Shown: one piece after another, positions 18,868 through 28,114 of the stretch
How positions within the stretch are numbered: the first letter of the stretch is position 1
How the letters are laid out: each line of letters opens with the position of its first letter
NCBI GenBank assembly: GCA_963847125.1
Contig: CAWJYM010000004.1
Coordinates: 3,309,663-3,373,662 of the forward strand
Length of the DNA: 64,000 nt
Source of the DNA: an uncultured Acidobacteriota bacterium
GTDB taxonomy: Bacteria > Acidobacteriota > Vicinamibacteria > Vicinamibacterales > 2-12-FULL-66-21
Direction of reading: 5' to 3'
Made by a program: the position numbers and the translations under genes
Notes under the pieces: model-generated
Databases searched by the model: none
Told to the model about the DNA's origin: nothing
Seen by the model: only the letters and a program-made list of their open reading frames with translations

Positions 18868-19397
18868 GCCGTGCAGGTGACGTCGGATGGTTGAACGAAT
18901 TGGATGCTGGCGTGTGCGCCGATGCCCTTCGACGGTGCTGCGGCAGCGACGCCTGGGTCCGGTCGATGCTGGCCGCGCGGCCGTTCGTGAGCCGCGATGA
19001 CCTGATGGACCAAAGCGTCCGCATCTGGCGATCGCTTCAGCCGACGGACTGGCTCGAGGCGTTTGCCGCCCATCCGCGAATCGGCAGCCGCGCGGCGAGC
19101 GGCTGGGCCGCCGGCGAACAGGCTGGCGCTCGCGGTGCGGACGAGTCGGTGTTGACGCGCCTCGCGGCTCGGAACCGCGAGTACGAAGCGCGGTTCGGGC
19201 ACATCTTCATCGTCTGCGCCAGCGGCAAGAGCGCCGACGAAATGCTCGCCCTCCTGGAAGCGCGTCTCGACAACGAGCCGGACGCCGAGCTGCGCATCGC
19301 GGCGGAGGAACAGCAGAAGATCACACGGCTGCGGCTCGACAAGCTGCTGACCGAATCTGCCGGGAGCGGCGTCGGACATCAAAGGCCGGGAGCATGA
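18864..19397 (+). CDS. uraD: OHCU decarboxylase (2-oxo-4-hydroxy-4-carboxy-5-ureidoimidazoline decarboxylase)
   Basis: Family blocks are present: CCGSDAWV, AHPRIG, FGHIFIVCASGKSADEML, EEQQKITRLRL. The TTG start overlaps the alc stop. Confidence 0.85.
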   Translation: MSRAGDVGWLNELDAGVCADALRRCCGSDAWVRSMLAARPFVSRDDLMDQSVRIWRSLQPTDWLEAFAAHPRIGSRAASGWAAGEQAGARGADESVLTRLAARNREYEARFGHIFIVCASGKSADEMLALLEARLDNEPDAELRIAAEEQQKITRLRLDKLLTESAGSGVGHQRPGA

Positions 19398-19720
19398 TCA
19401 GTACGCATGTGCTCGACACGTCTCGCGGGCGACCGGCGGCCAATGTCGCGATCAAGCTCGACCGACGGGAATCGGGCGGCTGGCAGGAGGTCGCGAGGGC
19501 GACGACCGACGCGGACGGCCGCGCCCGCGAGTTGGCGCACGGAGCGGGGCCAGGGATGTATCGGCTCACGTTCGAAATGGCCGCCTATTTCTCCGCGCTG
19601 GGCCAGGAACATTTTTTTCCGTTCGTCTCCGTGGTCTTCGACATCCGAAACCCGAGCGAGCGGCATCACATTCCGCTGCTGATCAGTCCGTTCGGGTACT
19701 CGACCTACCGGGGAAGCTGA
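19394..19720 (+). CDS. uraH: 5-hydroxyisourate hydrolase (transthyretin-like)
   Basis: STHVLDTSRGRPA is present, and the C-terminus is HIPLLISPFGYSTYRGS. The start forms an ATGA overlap with uraD. Confidence 0.92.
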   Translation: MISTHVLDTSRGRPAANVAIKLDRRESGGWQEVARATTDADGRARELAHGAGPGMYRLTFEMAAYFSALGQEHFFPFVSVVFDIRNPSERHHIPLLISPFGYSTYRGS

Positions 19721-19725
19721 CGCTG

Positions 19726-20565
19726 ATGACGCGATTAGGGATCAACAGTTACGGCAAGGCGCGAATCCGGCTCGTCAAGGTCGTGCGGCACGGCGACCGC
19801 CACGACATCAAGGACCTCACGGTTGCGGTCCGCCTCGAAGGGGACTTCGAAGAAGCGCACATCGCGGGCGACAACCGCAAGGTGCTTCCAACCGACACGA
19901 TGAAGAACACCGTGTACGCGCTGGCCGCGGGCGTCCGCATCGATCAAATCGAGCAGTTCGGCATCGCGCTCGCCGCGCACTTCCTGCGCCAGAACGCTCA
20001 GGTCTCGCGGGCGAGGATCGAGATCGCCGAACGGATCTGGGCCCGGCTGCCCGTCGCCGGGAGGCCGCACAACCATGCGTTCATGGACGCCGGAGGCGAG
20101 CGCCGCACGGCGTCGGTGACGAGTAACGGGGAACGTGTGTCGGTCGTGGCAGGGATCGACGGCCTGCAGATTCTGAAGACAACGGGATCGGCGTTTGCCG
20201 GTTTCCTGAAGGATCCCTTCACGACGCTGCGGGAGACGAGAGATCGGATCTTCGCGACGACCATGACCGCGAAGTGGACCTACATCAAGCCGGACGTGAC
20301 GTTCGGGCCCTACTGGCTCGGTGTCCGACAGGCGCTCCTCGACACGTTCTCCGCCCACGACAGCCAGTCGGTGCAGCACACCCTCTACGCCATGGCGGAC
20401 GCGGTGCTCAGCGCATACGAAGAGATTGCCGAGATCACGCTGACGCTGCCGAACCGGCACCATCTTCCCGTGGACCTGTCACCGTTCGGCCTGGAGGACA
20501 AGAACGAGATCTTCGTGGCGACCGAGGAGCCGCACGGCGTGATCGAGGCGACGGTCAGCAGATAA
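19726..20565 (+). CDS. uox: Urate oxidase (factor-independent uricase)
   Basis: The N-terminal YGKARIRLVKV is present, and the two-tunnelling-fold pattern has VLPTDTMKNTVY and SVQHTLY. Confidence 0.9.
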   Translation: MTRLGINSYGKARIRLVKVVRHGDRHDIKDLTVAVRLEGDFEEAHIAGDNRKVLPTDTMKNTVYALAAGVRIDQIEQFGIALAAHFLRQNAQVSRARIEIAERIWARLPVAGRPHNHAFMDAGGERRTASVTSNGERVSVVAGIDGLQILKTTGSAFAGFLKDPFTTLRETRDRIFATTMTAKWTYIKPDVTFGPYWLGVRQALLDTFSAHDSQSVQHTLYAMADAVLSAYEEIAEITLTLPNRHHLPVDLSPFGLEDKNEIFVATEEPHGVIEATVSR

Positions 20566-20578
20566 CCCCACTATCCCG

Positions 20579-21796
20579 TCAGCTCCGTTTCCTCCCGCGG
20601 AGGATCGCCGCGAACGACCGTGACCTCAGCTCCTCGAGCGTCAGCCCGCTGCGATCGACGGCTTCCTTTTCGGTAATCGCCCCCGAGTTCATCGCACGCA
20701 GGAAGTAGTTCAACAGCCCTTGTCCGGTCGCGGCGTCGTCGAACACCTCGCCGACGAGCGTCGCCTGCGCCGCTTTCTCGACGAAATTCCGGAGACGGGT
20801 GGAAGCCGCGTCGAGCCCCTCGAGGAAGAACGCGTAGACGGCCGCGTAACGGCTCGGAAGCTGCGCGGGGTGCAGATCCCAGCCCTGGTAGAAGCCGCCC
20901 ACGAGCGAGTGCCGGACGTGCGAGGCATGAAGCCGCCACGCGGCGTGCACCGTCGCCCGATCGCCGATCGGCAGGACGTTGGTCGCACCGTCCGACATCC
21001 AGACGCTCGTGGACGCGAGCGCGACCTGCATCATCAGCTTTGCGAAATCGCAGGACGGATGCGTCATGTGCTGGTGCGCCGCCGTGATCTGACACGACGC
21101 GGTGTAGTCGTAGGTGCCGAAATGGGCGCCGCGGCAGCGTCCCCGCGAGGCCTCGACGAGCGCGGGGATCGCGCACCCGCCACCCGAGTCGAGAACGCTT
21201 TCGGTGGTTTCAATCATCAGCTCGAGTCGAAGGCTTCCCGTGGGTAGCTTCAGGTCCCGTTCGAGATTCTCGAGCCGATCGACGAGCATCGATACCTGTC
21301 CCACGGCCGTGATCTTCGGCAACGTGACGACGAAACCGGCGGGTACTTCTCCGGCATCTTCGACGAGCGTCGAGACGAAACGATCCAGCGTGCGGACGGC
21401 GCGCTCCCGGAGCTCGCCGCCGAGCGGTTTGATGCGAATGCCGATGTAGGGCGGAAGCGAGCGCTCGCGATGCCCGCGCGCGACTTCGCGCGCGGCCGCG
21501 AGGGCGTGACCGTCTTCTTCGGCGTCCGGCCGGTTGCCGTACCCGTCCTCGAAGTCGATCCGGAAATCTTCGACCGGCTCCCGGAGAAGCTTCGAGCCGA
21601 CGCGCTCGCGGATGCGCCGGGCGAGCGCCGCATCGACGTCCAGGCCGAACGCCGCCGTGAACTCCGCCGGGCCGCCGTGCTCGTCCAGCGCGGCGAGCCC
21701 GCGCTCGCCGAGGCGCCGCGCCGTATCCGCTTTGAACAGATGGGCGCCGCCGTACACCGTATGAACCGGCTGGCGTGCAATCATTATTGGAGCCAC
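20579..21796 (-). CDS. HpcH/citrate-lyase/malate-synthase-like TIM-barrel protein of unknown specificity
   Basis: It is 405 aa, with IGIRIKPL and LRLELMIETTESV blocks reminiscent of aldolase/citrate-lyase beta / malate synthase folds. It is embedded between uox and the xanthine dehydrogenase genes. The exact family was not verifiable by eye. Confidence 0.6.
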   Translation of the reverse strand: MAPIMIARQPVHTVYGGAHLFKADTARRLGERGLAALDEHGGPAEFTAAFGLDVDAALARRIRERVGSKLLREPVEDFRIDFEDGYGNRPDAEEDGHALAAAREVARGHRERSLPPYIGIRIKPLGGELRERAVRTLDRFVSTLVEDAGEVPAGFVVTLPKITAVGQVSMLVDRLENLERDLKLPTGSLRLELMIETTESVLDSGGGCAIPALVEASRGRCRGAHFGTYDYTASCQITAAHQHMTHPSCDFAKLMMQVALASTSVWMSDGATNVLPIGDRATVHAAWRLHASHVRHSLVGGFYQGWDLHPAQLPSRYAAVYAFFLEGLDAASTRLRNFVEKAAQATLVGEVFDDAATGQGLLNYFLRAMNSGAITEKEAVDRSGLTLEELRSRSFAAILRGRKRS

Positions 21797-21815
21797 TCGC
21801 GCGGGCCGCAGGCGC

Positions 21816-22664
21816 TCATTCGAACGTGACCATTCGGCGCACGACTCGCTCGAGCGCGAAGGCGCGATACGCAGCCGTCGAGCGGACGTCGTCTATCGGC
21901 TGCACTTCGGCGGCGGCAGCCCTCGCGACGCGCGCGGCGGTGGCGCCGCCGGCAGGCGCGCCGGCGGCGGCCCGCTCGGCGGCGCGGAGACGGATCGGCG
22001 TGGGAGCCACGCTGCCTGCCGCAAGGCGTAACTCCGCGATCGTGCCCGCCTCGAGCCGCGCCGACAACGCGACGACGACCTTGCTGATGGCCTGCGCCTC
22101 ACGCGTGCCGACCTTGCGGAAGCGCTGAACCGTTCCCGAGGGTTGCGCGGGAACCAGGATCCGGACGATCAGTTCGCCGGGCAGCAGCGCCGTCCTGCGG
22201 TAGGCGACGTGGAACTGATCGTAGGGCACTTCACGCGATCCCCCCGGACCCGTCACGACGACCCGGGCGTCGAGCGCGAGGAGCGCCGGCAGCGAGTCCC
22301 CCGCCGGGCTGGCGTTCGCGACGTTCCCTCCGATCGTCGCCCGGTTCTGAATCTGCCAGCCGCCAACGACCGCCGCGGCCTGCGCGAGAATCGGGCAGAC
22401 GCGAGCGACCTCCGATGATGCTCGTAATTCCGAGAACGTCACCGCCGCTCCGATGTCGAGCCCCCTCGCGTCGGATCTGATCCCGGACAACTCGGGAATC
22501 CGATGGACGTCCAGCACGCCACTGGCACGACCCTTCAGCGTCGTTTCACCTCCCGCGGCCGTCCCCACCATCAGATCCGTGCACCCGGCCATCGGCACGA
22601 GACCGGGATCGGCGGCGAGCGCGGCGACCGCCGCGTCCAGCGAGCGAGGGCTGGCGGCCTTCAT
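21816..22664 (-). CDS. Xanthine dehydrogenase family, FAD-binding (CoxM-like) subunit
   Basis: It starts at MKAASPRSLDAAV. FAD-binding blocks are present (PMAGCTDLMV, ATIGGNVANASPAGDS, DVRSTAAYR). The start forms an ATGA overlap with the 2Fe-2S subunit stop. The 389-aa ORF in the track is an upstream extension. Confidence 0.85.
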   Translation of the reverse strand: MKAASPRSLDAAVAALAADPGLVPMAGCTDLMVGTAAGGETTLKGRASGVLDVHRIPELSGIRSDARGLDIGAAVTFSELRASSEVARVCPILAQAAAVVGGWQIQNRATIGGNVANASPAGDSLPALLALDARVVVTGPGGSREVPYDQFHVAYRRTALLPGELIVRILVPAQPSGTVQRFRKVGTREAQAISKVVVALSARLEAGTIAELRLAAGSVAPTPIRLRAAERAAAGAPAGGATAARVARAAAAEVQPIDDVRSTAAYRAFALERVVRRMVTFE

Positions 22665-23116
22665 CGTCGGTCTTCTCCGCCGCAGATGGCGCGCAGGATC
22701 CCCTCGTAGCCCGTGCACCGGCACAGGTTGCCGGCGAGCGCCTCCTGCGCTTCGGCTCGTGACGGCTTTTCGGTCCGGTTGAGCAACGCCCAGGCGGTGA
22801 CGATGATTCCTGGCGTGCAGGCGCCGCACTGAACGCCGCCGCTTTCGACGAATCGATCCAGGAACCCACGCGCGTCGCCGGCGATCCCTTCGACCGTCAG
22901 CACGCGCCGGCCGTCGCACTGACAGAGCGGCACCAGACACGAGAGAACCGGCACGTCGTCCATCAGGACCGTGCAGGCGCCGCACTCCCCTTCTCCACAG
23001 CCTTCCTTCGTGCCAATCAGGTGGAGCCGATCGCGCAGAACGTCGAGCAGACGCTCCATCGGTGCGCCGTCAACCGTGCGCTCAATCCCGTTGACGATGA
23101 ACGTATAGGACGTCAC
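22661..23116 (-). CDS. Xanthine dehydrogenase family, [2Fe-2S] (CoxS-like) subunit
   Basis: It has a GTG start (VTSYTFIVNG...). Both cluster motifs are present: GCGEGECGACTV and CGACTPGII...CRCTGY. Confidence 0.9.
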   Translation of the reverse strand: MTSYTFIVNGIERTVDGAPMERLLDVLRDRLHLIGTKEGCGEGECGACTVLMDDVPVLSCLVPLCQCDGRRVLTVEGIAGDARGFLDRFVESGGVQCGACTPGIIVTAWALLNRTEKPSRAEAQEALAGNLCRCTGYEGILRAICGGEDRR

Positions 23117-25298
23117 CCGCCGCTGTTCCTCTCCGAGGCCGCGAGAATCCGCTCGGGCGTGGCCGGAATCTCGTCGACGACGATGCCGGTGGCGTTCTCG
23201 ATGGCTCCCACGACAGCCGGCGCCGCTCCATCCATCGGCAATTCGCCGATGCCTTTCGCGCCGAAGGGCCCGCCAGCGAATGCCCGCTCGACGAGCTCGA
23301 CCTCGATGAGCGGACTGTCTTTGATCGTCGGAATGATGTACGTCGCGAGGCGATCGTTCATGTAGCGGCCGTCCGAGACCTTGATTTCCTCGATCGTCGC
23401 GTAGCCGATCGCCTGCAGCGTGCCCCCTTCGATCTGACCCTTGCACAGCGTGGGATGGATGGCCTTTCCCACGTCGCAGACGGCGACCGCATGCCGCGGC
23501 CGGACTTCGTACGTATCGGGATCGACGTCGACTTCCACGACGTCGCAGCCCCACGCGTAGGTCGGATACGGGGACCCCGTGTACGTCGCCTCGTCGAAGG
23601 TCTGCCACGCGGGAGGACTGTGGTAGACGGTGACTTCGAGCGGACCATGGCGCTCGAGGTGCGCGCGGGCGAGATCGCGAAAACGAGCGCTTCGTTTCGC
23701 CTGACGACGTGGTTGTCCCCTTTGTCGACGGTCTCTCGCACCTGGCGCACGGCCCGTTCGATCAAGCCGCCGACGATCATCGTCGTCCGCGACGCGACCG
23801 TCGGCCCCGAGTTCGGCACGAGCCCCGTGTCGGGCGGGGCGAACACGAGGTCGTCGAAGTCGACCCCGGCAGCCGCGGCGGCGATCTGCGGGAACACGAT
23901 GGCGCACCCTTGTCCCATGTCGGTCATCGCCGTCAGGATCTCGATGCGTCCGTCAGGAAGAAGGCGGGCGGTCACCGGCGACTTCATCTTCAACTCACCC
24001 GATCCCGTAAAACCACAGCCGTGAAAGTACAGGCTGATGCCGATTCCGCGCCGCTCGCGCCAGCGATCCTGGAAGCGTGTCCGCGCCGCGGCGCGCTCGA
24101 GGCATTCGCGGGCGCACGTCGTCTCGTCGAGGACCTGGCCCGTCGGCAGCCGATCGCCGGGGCCGACGACGTTCAGCGCGCGGATTTCGTACGGGTCGAG
24201 CCCGACCCGGCGCGCAATCGCATCCATGTGACGCTCGACCGCGAACGCCGCCTGCGGCACGCCGAAGCCCCGGAACGCGCCGTTCGCGGGCGTGTTCGTC
24301 CGAAGCACGCGCCCGCGCACGCGGACGTGCGGCACGCGATACGGACCGGCCGCATGCAGGATGGCTCGTGAGAGCACCACGGGCGAGAGCGTCGTATAGG
24401 CGCCGCCGTCCAGGACCACGTCGACGTCCATCGCGATCAGTCGTCCCTGCGGATCCACAGCCGTGCGGTGCCTGATGACCGATGGATGCCGCTTCGTCGT
24501 GCCGATGATGTCTTCGTGGCGGTCATAGGCGAGCCGCACAGGGTGTCCGCTCGCTCGCGCGAGGAGCGCCGCGTGCAGGCCGATCATGCTCGGGTAGTCT
24601 TCTTTGCCTCCGAATCCGCCGCCCACGGCGCTCGCCGCGATGCGGACCTTCTCGTCCGGCAGACCCAGCGCGTGGACGAACGCCTTGTGGACGTAGTACG
24701 GGCACTGCATCGAGCCGACGGCGTGCACGGTGCCGTGCTCGTCGAACCAGGCGGTCATCGCCTGACACTCGATGTAGATATGTTCCTGCAGTCCCGTCCG
24801 GTACTCGCCGCTGACGATGAGGTCGGCTTCGGCGAGCGCCCGCTCGACGTCGCCGGACGCGACGTTCAGCGCGTAGAGGGGCGGATGCCGATCCGCATCA
24901 TCGACCGAGAGAACCGGATCGAGGACTGTGAAGGTGGCATCGACCTCGGCGAGCGCCGCGCGCGCGGCGCGACGACTGGGAGCGGCCACGAGGGCGACCG
25001 CTTCCCCGACGTGACGCACGATTCCCTCGGCGAGGATCGGCCAGCTGTCGTCCAGGAGCTGCACACCGTTCACGACCCCGGCCGTTCGGAGGTCGGCCGC
25101 CGTCAGGAGGACGGCGTCGTCCGGTGCGCGGCCGCCGCGCCAACCCACGCTCGTGATGCCTGCGTGCGGGTGAGGGCTGCGGAGCGTCGCGCCGAACCAG
25201 AGGCCGGGGATTTCGAGGTCGTCGCCGTACCGCGCCTGTCCCGCGACTTTTGCGATCCCGTCGGGCCGTGGAGGGGACGCGCCGATGATGGGAACCAC
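23113..25298 (-). pseudogene. Xanthine dehydrogenase family, molybdopterin-binding (CoxL-like) subunit with one apparent -1 frameshift near 23700-23712
   Basis: ORF 23358..25298 reads as a Mo-subunit up to ...VDKGDNHVV. ORF 23113..23907 continues ...QAKRSARFRDLA...GAKGIGELP. The join needs one missing nt in GTCGTCAGGCG. It could be a sequencing error. Confidence 0.8.
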
Positions 25299-25509
25299 GC
25301 GAAGAGAGACTATAAACCACGCGAAACGACAGCATGAATTTCGGCCAATTTCTTAGCCACTGGTTAACGCGTTAGCCGTCCGCAGGCCCTGTCCGACGGC
25401 GGGTTTCGCTGTAGGTTTAAGGCCCTAAGAACTTAACTGATATACACTTGCTCGCTTTTTCACGCCCCTGATGAGGCCCGGCACGGGCATTGCTCAAGTT
25501 GGGGTGACC

Positions 25510-25746
25510 ATGTCGCGGCCTCAATCGCTCTCGATGCCGGCGGCAGCTTCCGCCCGCGCCGGGCTGGCGCACTTTCAGCTCGGCGGCAGGGACCTGAGTT
25601 GCGCGCACTGCGGGCATCAGCTCGAATGCACTGATCACCAAGAGCGATCGGGAGCGTGGTTGGGGTCCTTCATGTGTCCGCGCTGCCGGAGCGAGTATTT
25701 CTATTCATATCGCTGGCGGCAGCTGATTCGTCGTTTCGATCTTTGA
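25510..25746 (+). CDS. Small zinc-ribbon-like hypothetical protein
   Basis: Two CxxC pairs are present (CAHCGH ... CPRCRS). The start is uncertain (25471 or ATG 25510). Codon bias is only moderate. Confidence 0.45.
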   Translation: MSRPQSLSMPAAASARAGLAHFQLGGRDLSCAHCGHQLECTDHQERSGAWLGSFMCPRCRSEYFYSYRWRQLIRRFDL

Positions 25747-25922
25747 CACACACGAGCGGTCGGAAGGCAGCAGGTGGCGAGGAGTGACGTCGGTCACCTC
25801 CGGGCCGCGCCTTCACTCACACCCACTCGCGCGCGCGGCGTTTTGAGAGCGGCGCCGCGCAAGCCTGCTGTCTTCCGGCCGCTCGTCGTGTGTACAATCG
25901 TCCACGTCCGTCGATATCAACG

Positions 25923-26249
25923 ATGTCCGGGACGAAACAGCCCATCGCATGCCGCCTCGACGCGCTCTCGCCCGACGAGCGCCGGCGCCAGCAGACGCTC
26001 CGTCAGAACCTCGAAGCGGCACTTGAAAGCGTCCGTGAAGCGCCCGACGGCTACGTGTTCACGTACCGCGAAGGCGCCGACGTCTTCCGCCAGGCGGCGG
26101 AGTGGCTGACGCTCGAGCGGCGGTGCTGCCCGTTCCTCGACTTCGAGCTGGCGTGGCGGGCGGACTCTCCCTCACCCACCCTCCGTCTGAGAAGCGACGA
26201 GCCGGCGGCCAAAGCCTTCATCGCTGAAACATTCCTGCCCGCATCGTGA
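25923..26249 (+). CDS. Small Cys-containing hypothetical protein (ACRL ... ERRCCPFLDF)
   Basis: Third-position G+C is strong from ATG 25923. It has three cysteines, including a vicinal CC pair, and lies upstream of the MarR/arsM/arsC block. Confidence 0.55.
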   Translation: MSGTKQPIACRLDALSPDERRRQQTLRQNLEAALESVREAPDGYVFTYREGADVFRQAAEWLTLERRCCPFLDFELAWRADSPSPTLRLRSDEPAAKAFIAETFLPAS

Positions 26250-26307
26250 ACACCGGATCCGCCGCCTTGACACAGGCGTCCCATCCGGCAGATAGTTGCT
26301 ACTGACA

Positions 26308-26862
26308 ATGAAATCAGACCTGACGCGGGATGCCGTCGCGCTGACCGAAGCCGTCGCCGAGCTGGTGCGTGTCTACCAGTTCCGCGATCGGGACCAGATC
26401 TGCTGCCACGACATCTCGGTGACGCAGTGCTACGCCCTCGAAGCGCTCGCTCAGAACGGACCGATGCGCTCCACCGCGCTGGCCGCGCGCCTGTACCTCG
26501 ACAAGAGCACCACGAGCCGCGTCGTCACGGCGCTCGTCCGGAAGCGCTACGTGGAGCAACGGCGCGATCCGGCGGACGGCCGCGCCGTCACGCTTCGGGT
26601 CACCGGCGCGGGGCGCGCGCTCTATCGCCGGATCAACGACGACCTCGTGGCCCAGCAGAAGGCGCTGCTGGCCGATCTGGACCCGGACCTCAGAGCGGGC
26701 GTCACCCTGGTGATCAGCCGGCTTGCGCGCGCCGCCGACGCGCGCTTCAGAAGCGGATTCAGCGTGGGCGCCTGCGCCTGCGCTCCGCAGGCGGACGACG
26801 TGCCGGCGCTTTCGACTCAGGGCAGAACGACGAAAGGAATGAGAAGTGGAGAACATCACTGA
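26308..26862 (+). CDS. MarR-family transcriptional regulator, Cys-rich
   Basis: The winged-helix MarR core is present (ISVTQCYALEALAQNGPMRSTALAARLYLDKSTTSRVVTALVRKRYVEQRRDPADGRAVTLRVT). Additional cysteines are at QICCHD and the C-terminal GACACAP. The gene overlaps the arsM start by 17 nt. Confidence 0.8.
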   Translation: MKSDLTRDAVALTEAVAELVRVYQFRDRDQICCHDISVTQCYALEALAQNGPMRSTALAARLYLDKSTTSRVVTALVRKRYVEQRRDPADGRAVTLRVTGAGRALYRRINDDLVAQQKALLADLDPDLRAGVTLVISRLARAADARFRSGFSVGACACAPQADDVPALSTQGRTTKGMRSGEHH

Positions 26863-27688
26863 TGCGGTTCGTCGGAAATACGGACACGCCGCGCGGCGTG
26901 TGACCTCTGGCGAGAGTGCCGCCTGCTGCGGGACCTCCCCTTCCGCCGCGTGCGGCTGCGATCCGGTGACCGCCAACCTCTACGATGCGGCTGACGCGGG
27001 CGCGGTTCCGGACACGGCGCTCCAGGCGTCGCTGGGCTGCGGAAACCCGACGGCTTTGGCTCAGCTCCAACCGGGTGAAGTGGTTCTCGACCTCGGAAGC
27101 GGCGGCGGAATTGACGTTCTTCTCTCGGCGCGGCGCGTCGGGCCAACCGGAAAGGCATACGGTCTCGATACGACCGACGAGATGCTTGCCCTCGCCGAAG
27201 AAAACAAACGCAAGAGCGGGCTCACGAACGTCGAGTTCCTCAAGGGCACCATCGAAGACATCCCGCTGCCGGAGGCCACGATCGACGTCATCATCTCGAA
27301 CTGCGTCATCAACCTGTCCGGGGACAAGGATCGCGTGCTCACCGAGGCGTTCCGCGTGCTCAGGCCGGGCGGCCGCTTCGCCGTCAGCGACGTCGTCGTC
27401 CGCGGCGATCTGCCCCCGGCGGTCAAGCGCTCGATGGAGCTCTGGGTCGGATGCATCTCGGGGGCGCTCACGGAATCCGAGTACCGGCAGAAGCTCGCCG
27501 CGGCCGGCTTCACCGACATCGACGTCGAAGTCACACGTGTCTACGACATCGAGGATGCACGCTCGTTCCTGAGCGCCGACGGCATCGACGTCGAGGCCGT
27601 GGCACCGGAGGTCGAGAACAAGGTCGTGAGCGCATTCATCCGGGCCAGGAAGCCAGCTTCCTGCTGCGGGCCGACCTGCTGTCATTGA
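26846..27688 (+). CDS. arsM: Arsenite S-adenosylmethionine methyltransferase
   Basis: N-terminal Cys clusters ([15 protein letters not shown]) and the SAM motif [12 protein letters not shown] are present, with ISNCVINL and [12 protein letters not shown] Cys-rich tail is also present. Confidence 0.9.
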   Translation: MENITDAVRRKYGHAARRVTSGESAACCGTSPSAACGCDPVTANLYDAADAGAVPDTALQASLGCGNPTALAQLQPGEVVLDLGSGGGIDVLLSARRVGPTGKAYGLDTTDEMLALAEENKRKSGLTNVEFLKGTIEDIPLPEATIDVIISNCVINLSGDKDRVLTEAFRVLRPGGRFAVSDVVVRGDLPPAVKRSMELWVGCISGALTESEYRQKLAAAGFTDIDVEVTRVYDIEDARSFLSADGIDVEAVAPEVENKVVSAFIRARKPASCCGPTCCH

Positions 27689-27697
27689 TCGAAGTTC

Positions 27698-28114
27698 GTG
27701 AAGCCGCGCGTCCTGTTTCTCTGCACGGGGAACTCCTGCCGGAGCCAGATGGCGGAGGGCTTCCTCCGTACGTTCGCCGGGGGCCGGTTCGAGGTGGTCA
27801 GCGCGGGAACCGAGCCGGTCCCACTTAACCCTGGCGCGGTCGAAGCGATGGCGGAGATCGGCATCGACATCTCGGCGCAGCGCTCCAAGGATGTCGCGCC
27901 GTTCCTCGGTCAGAAATTCTCGTACGTGATCACCGTCTGCGATCGCGCCGCGGAACGCTGTCCGTTTTTTCCGGGCGCGACGCAACGAGCCGAATGGAGC
28001 TTTCCTGATCCGGCCGCCGTCCGCGGATCCGAGGCCGAGCGACAGAGCGCCTTCCGCGCGGTCCGTGATCAGATCGGCGGAAAGGTCCGCGAGTTCATCG
28101 AGACGGCGACGTGA
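27698..28114 (+). CDS. arsC: Arsenate reductase, LMW-PTPase (thioredoxin-coupled) type
   Basis: The P-loop VLFLCTGNSCRSQMAEG and downstream Cys residues (VITVCDRAAERCPFFPG) are present. Confidence 0.9.
   Translation: MKPRVLFLCTGNSCRSQMAEGFLRTFAGGRFEVVSAGTEPVPLNPGAVEAMAEIGIDISAQRSKDVAPFLGQKFSYVITVCDRAAERCPFFPGATQRAEWSFPDPAAVRGSEAERQSAFRAVRDQIGGKVREFIETAT

Noticed and set aside
21816-23608. The long versions of the xdh FAD-subunit (389 aa) and 2Fe-2S-subunit (315 aa) ORFs.
   Set aside because: The extensions run through the upstream subunit genes in other frames. The starts at 22664 (ATG) and 23116 (GTG) give normal-length subunits with 4-nt start/stop overlaps.
25300-25470. The A/T-rich spacer upstream of the xdh operon, with repeated TTAGCC and small stems, considered as an ncRNA or riboswitch.
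   Set aside because: I saw no recognisable riboswitch core and no convincing extended structure by eye. It is most simply a divergent promoter region.
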